Assembly: GCA_030141605.1 (NCBI GenBank)
Contig: JAQGDQ010000052.1
Span: 248,001 to 312,000, forward strand
Direction: 5' to 3'
Length of the DNA stretch: 64,000 bases
DNA from: Tubiluchus corallicola
Taxonomy: Eukaryota > Animalia > Priapulida
Shown here: piece by piece, positions 60,068 through 64,000 of the stretch
Layout: every line of letters starts with the position of its first letter
How positions within the stretch are numbered: the stretch's first letter is position 1
The notes under the pieces: generated by a model
Seen by the model: only the letters and a program-made list of their open reading frames with translations
Told to the model about the DNA's origin: nothing
Databases searched by the model: none
Program-made: the position numbers and the translations under genes

Positions 60068-61689
60068 ATGTAACAAACATTCACTTGAACATATTATTAT
60101 GTACTTGTTCTTAAAATTTGATACACGACAGCAGTTTATCCCATAAAACATTTATTCTGTTTTTCGTCTCTAATTGTTACTAAACATGAAAATGATTTCA
60201 AGCGTTGTGCAAATTTACAAAGCACAGTAACACTTAGAATAAACAATGCTATTAAACGTATTAAGATAATATTAAATAACATGAAATCTGAATGAAACTT
60301 AATGATACGAAGTTAATAACTGAAATCATGCATTGACATGGATATTTTATTCTGGGTCTGAAATTTTAACACCAACAACACGTAGGATTACGAAAAAGAT
60401 AAATAAAGCACTTACAAATGATGCGTGAATGATGTAGCTTGTCTACGTAAAACAGCCATATAATTCCAGGCTTAGTGATCCAATTGGCTGATTCCCATGT
60501 CATGTGTTTCAACCACGTGAACGCGAACAGTGTAAACATCTACCATTAAAACTTCGTGGTAAACGTGCGTTTACCTGTCAAAGTTGACTTCAAATAACTT
60601 TACTTGCAATTATAAATACAATTATTTCAATTAAACAATTACTACGGGCCCGATAAAATTAAGATTTTCATGTCCTGTTATCATGGGACTGAACAAGCAA
60701 AACACTTTAAACGCAAATAACCGGTAACCTGTTCTGTTTATTCTGTCCTAGGAAAATAATATTTAATTCTTAATGACAAGAAGAGTAAAAAAAATACAAT
60801 TAAAAAACAAGGAAAAGGAAAGAAAGGTCACATTGTTTCGAACTACAAACACGCTAGCTCTTTTTCAAGTGAACAAAAAAGGATGGAAAAGAGAAAAAAA
60901 TCACAAGGAGTTCTAGTAATTTAACTAACTCAGTAGTTCTCGTAATTCCTTATTCTTTTTTGTCCTTTTCTGGTTACCGGAGGAAGTACTACAAGTGTTG
61001 TTTGAAACGTAGTCCCTTTGTTTGCCTTTCCTTGTTTTTTCATTGTGGGACTTTTAATAGTCTGTTTCATGATGTTCCATTTCGTTTTTCTGGCCAATAT
61101 TGTAGTTATTTAAAATTTCTGTCTGCTTGCCTTACGTATTTAGCTGTTTCATAGATCTGAAATCATAAAATGCAACAAAAACAGGCATGAACTGGAATAC
61201 ATCTACGGGAGAGGAGATTTATAAAAATGTTTTAGTGAAAGTGCAGATGCATGAGAAATCTGTTCTGCCACCGGATTTTTACTGTCCAAGTTGATAAGTG
61301 AAAAGATGCATTACAATTTACCCATGCAATTTATCCAATGTCTGTGGATATCATTATTACGAACCACTTTGAAGAGACTGCTTTCCTCGATTATAACCAT
61401 TTTTTATTTGCGCAGAAAAATTAGAACTAACTAACAAAGATTGAATTGAGCAGTGTTAAAAATAACTGCACTAATACACTTTGGTTTTGATCATTTTTCA
61501 ATGTAAAGGATAAATATAAAACGAACGCAATGCACTCAGGCACGTAGCCGGGGGAACCGTCGGGCTCCCCCTTTCATTGAATTTTAAAAAAACTATATGC
61601 ACGTTTTATAATTCCTAATACTGATAGCTACGGTTTGCATACAGTGAGAGCAACTGTGGTCTACTTTGTAAAGTATGCGTTTTAAGTCA

Positions 61690-62520
61690 AGTTGAAGCCA
61701 TTACTCCTACAAGAAGCGCCACGTGTCAAATGACGCACAGTGGATCGATTATACTGTCGATTCTCTATCCATTGATGTGCCACTCAGCGGCCATCACCAC
61801 AGGACTGCCACGCTACGCCCGTTTTTCTGGACCCATGTTGGTGCCATACTTGTACTTATGTAACAGGTATCGACATGGTTTCCTTTAAACGATCTCTGAA
61901 CGAAAGCGATAAGTCGTACAGAGACGATCAATATATTGTTGGATTTCCAAGGAAACGTAGAATCTGTTGCACTGCGTCAGTCGCAAACCGTCAGTTTCGT
62001 TTAGCCACAACACTGCAATAAATAAATTGTCCGGTCGAAAATTTGACATTTAGGATCTGCTATTATTTTCATTCTTTGATGTTTATAGTTTCCGAGATAC
62101 GCATCTTTTTGCAGTAACTCAAAAATTAGGCAGTGATACGTGAATCAAATTTGGTGTGCTTGTAGCTAGGGTAAAGGGTCACCTTATCTTATAGTTTCGG
62201 GTCGTGACCCTTTGACTCGCCTGAGTTATATGACCCGAAAATCCTCAAAATACGTCCACTTTTGATAAACCATTACTCCTACAAGAAGCACCACCTATGC
62301 AAATGAAAAAGGCAAGTAAAGTACTATGCTTTGGCTATAGATGCTCTGCTCCGTTTTGACGAGTCTTGAACAAGCTGTTTTACAAGGCATCAAACATGCA
62401 ATATTGTCCGTATAATACTTCCGCTCTGTGAACGGAAGATATAGGTCTTACAGAGGCATGCCATGTATCATTGGATTCGCAGTGAAACATAGAATAAGAT
62501 ACGGTGTGCTAAAAGTTTTT
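61690..62520. repeat. Unclassified interspersed repeat with internal direct repeat
   Basis: CCATTACTCCTACAAGAAGC at ~61698 and ~62270; CpG-richer than the flanks, no ORF. Confidence 0.45.
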
Positions 62521-63540
62521 CCTCTTTTTTCTTTACCCGGACACTCACAAAACACATAATTTTCAGTTTGTATTACACTATTTCTATTTTCAACTGGCAA
62601 AATGTCAAAAATGGATATATTTTGGCGAAAGATGCACTGGCGAAGTGTACTACAATTTAAACATTTACTGTGCTATCTACCATACTACTTATCGCCATTT
62701 TGTTGCTAAACGAAACCCTCGCAATTTTGGTGCAGTGTATCTGATTCCTTGTGTTATAGCGAATGGAGAGATGTACTGCACACCCCTATACGACTTACAG
62801 CTTCGTTTACACAGTGTTTAAAGGAAACAATATCGGTTTTTGGTATTTTAGCCATATCTTTCTTTTGACGATGCTTGATGACACTGACGTACATGTATTA
62901 GTGCTCTCTCTTTATAATTTCCTGGCTACGTGCCTGAATGCAATGACCTTAATTTTTCAAACGAAAAGCTATCGGTAATTCTCACTGTGACGCAAGAGCG
63001 TTTATCATTGTTAAATTTATGGCGCTTATCAGTTCGTGGATTTTGCTATAATGTACCCATTGTTGTTGGAGTTACACAGTCGGGGTGCATTCTATGCTAT
63101 ATTGTTCCTAATTTCGAACTTCAGATAAAGACTTTTCTCCCATCAAAACCGCTGAAATTTTCTGAATACTTTTTCGAATTTGATTCATTTGCAGATTGTT
63201 GTAGACCTAGGTGTTAGCAATTTACCCTACGCAGTTTAATGACAGTGTTATTGGCCCTCATTTATTACGTATAACAGTTTTTGCAATTGCAATGTCTTTA
63301 TTCGTTTTTTATTGACGGGGAACACAGCATCATATGCTTTGCTAACCAAAATGACGTGGAAACAAAGGGGAATTCATGTTGCAGAATATCGTTTGTTTAA
63401 CCTGTGAAACAAGTAAGTTCTTCTTCGGCATCGTTTTTGCATTTCCTTTTCATTTTCTTTTTGCCCTTTTTTCACTCTGTGAAGAAACAGTAGCTATATA
63501 CCTCAATTTTTTGTGCAAAAGAGACGTAGGAGGTGATATA

Positions 63541-63761
63541 TAGGGTGTTCGGAAAGTCACCATGCACTCTTCTAATCATGTTTTTTTTATTTCAGCTTTT
63601 GATCCCAATATGCTTTTGATCCAAACAAATTAAGAAAGATCCAAGCCTGTAGTAATGCTAACGGGGTCAGTTTGAACATTCTGTATTGTATATCCTGTAT
63701 TTTATGTTGAGATATGTCTGTTAATAAATATGTAAGTGCACAGTGACTTTCCGAGCACCCA
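63541..63761. mobile_element. Tc1/mariner-type MITE
   Basis: GGGTGTTCGGAAAGTCACCATGCACT ... AGTGCACAGTGACTTTCCGAGCACCC with TA flanks. Confidence 0.8.
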
Positions 63762-64000
63762 TATAGCTTTTATGCAGCTTTGGGTTGGGTGGGATCTTAC
63801 TAAGGAAAAGTATGGCGGAAAAAGGAGGACAGAATTTAAACCAATTTTATTTTATTCCCTTTTTAAAACTAAAAAGTTTTTAGAATGACGTATGGCTTAA
63901 ACTTGAAGATGTTTGTGTTAAATTCGCTAATTTTCATAAATATCCAAGATGGTCGATTAAAGCTAGAACAGTTTGTTCATACACATCAAAACGTTTGTCT

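Overview
AT-rich, intron-rich animal (probably invertebrate) genomic DNA with no prokaryotic features. It holds two tandem, same-strand (+) receptor guanylyl cyclase (rGC) paralogs whose motifs resemble the arthropod Gyc76C/Gyc32E/eclosion-hormone-receptor group. Gene A is 5'-truncated by the window: 13 coding exons at 1271-18287, 699 aa, covering the kinase-homology domain (KHD), hinge, a canonical cyclase domain and a tail ending in the PDZ-type motif ESIV. Gene B is complete: 24 coding exons at 24905-59837, about 1307 aa, with signal peptide, ANF-receptor-type ectodomain, TM, KHD and cyclase. Intron positions and phases match across the shared region. Gene B has an intact frame but differs in three ways: its guanine-specificity motif MPRYCLFG has become MPHYTVFG (and SDIVGFT has become SDICDFT); its ectodomain has a ~75-80 aa coiled-coil/acidic-aromatic insertion; and it lacks the PDZ motif. 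The intron splitting that insertion holds a decayed CR1/L2-group LINE with a 2A-like GGIESNPGP motif and a (TAC)n tail, sitting inside a (TTTACC)n array, with a pogo-like DNA transposon nested in it. Other introns carry Helitron-like elements, foldback elements, MITEs, tandem duplications and microsatellites. Exons were built by hand from translation and GT-AG sites; no database searches were run.
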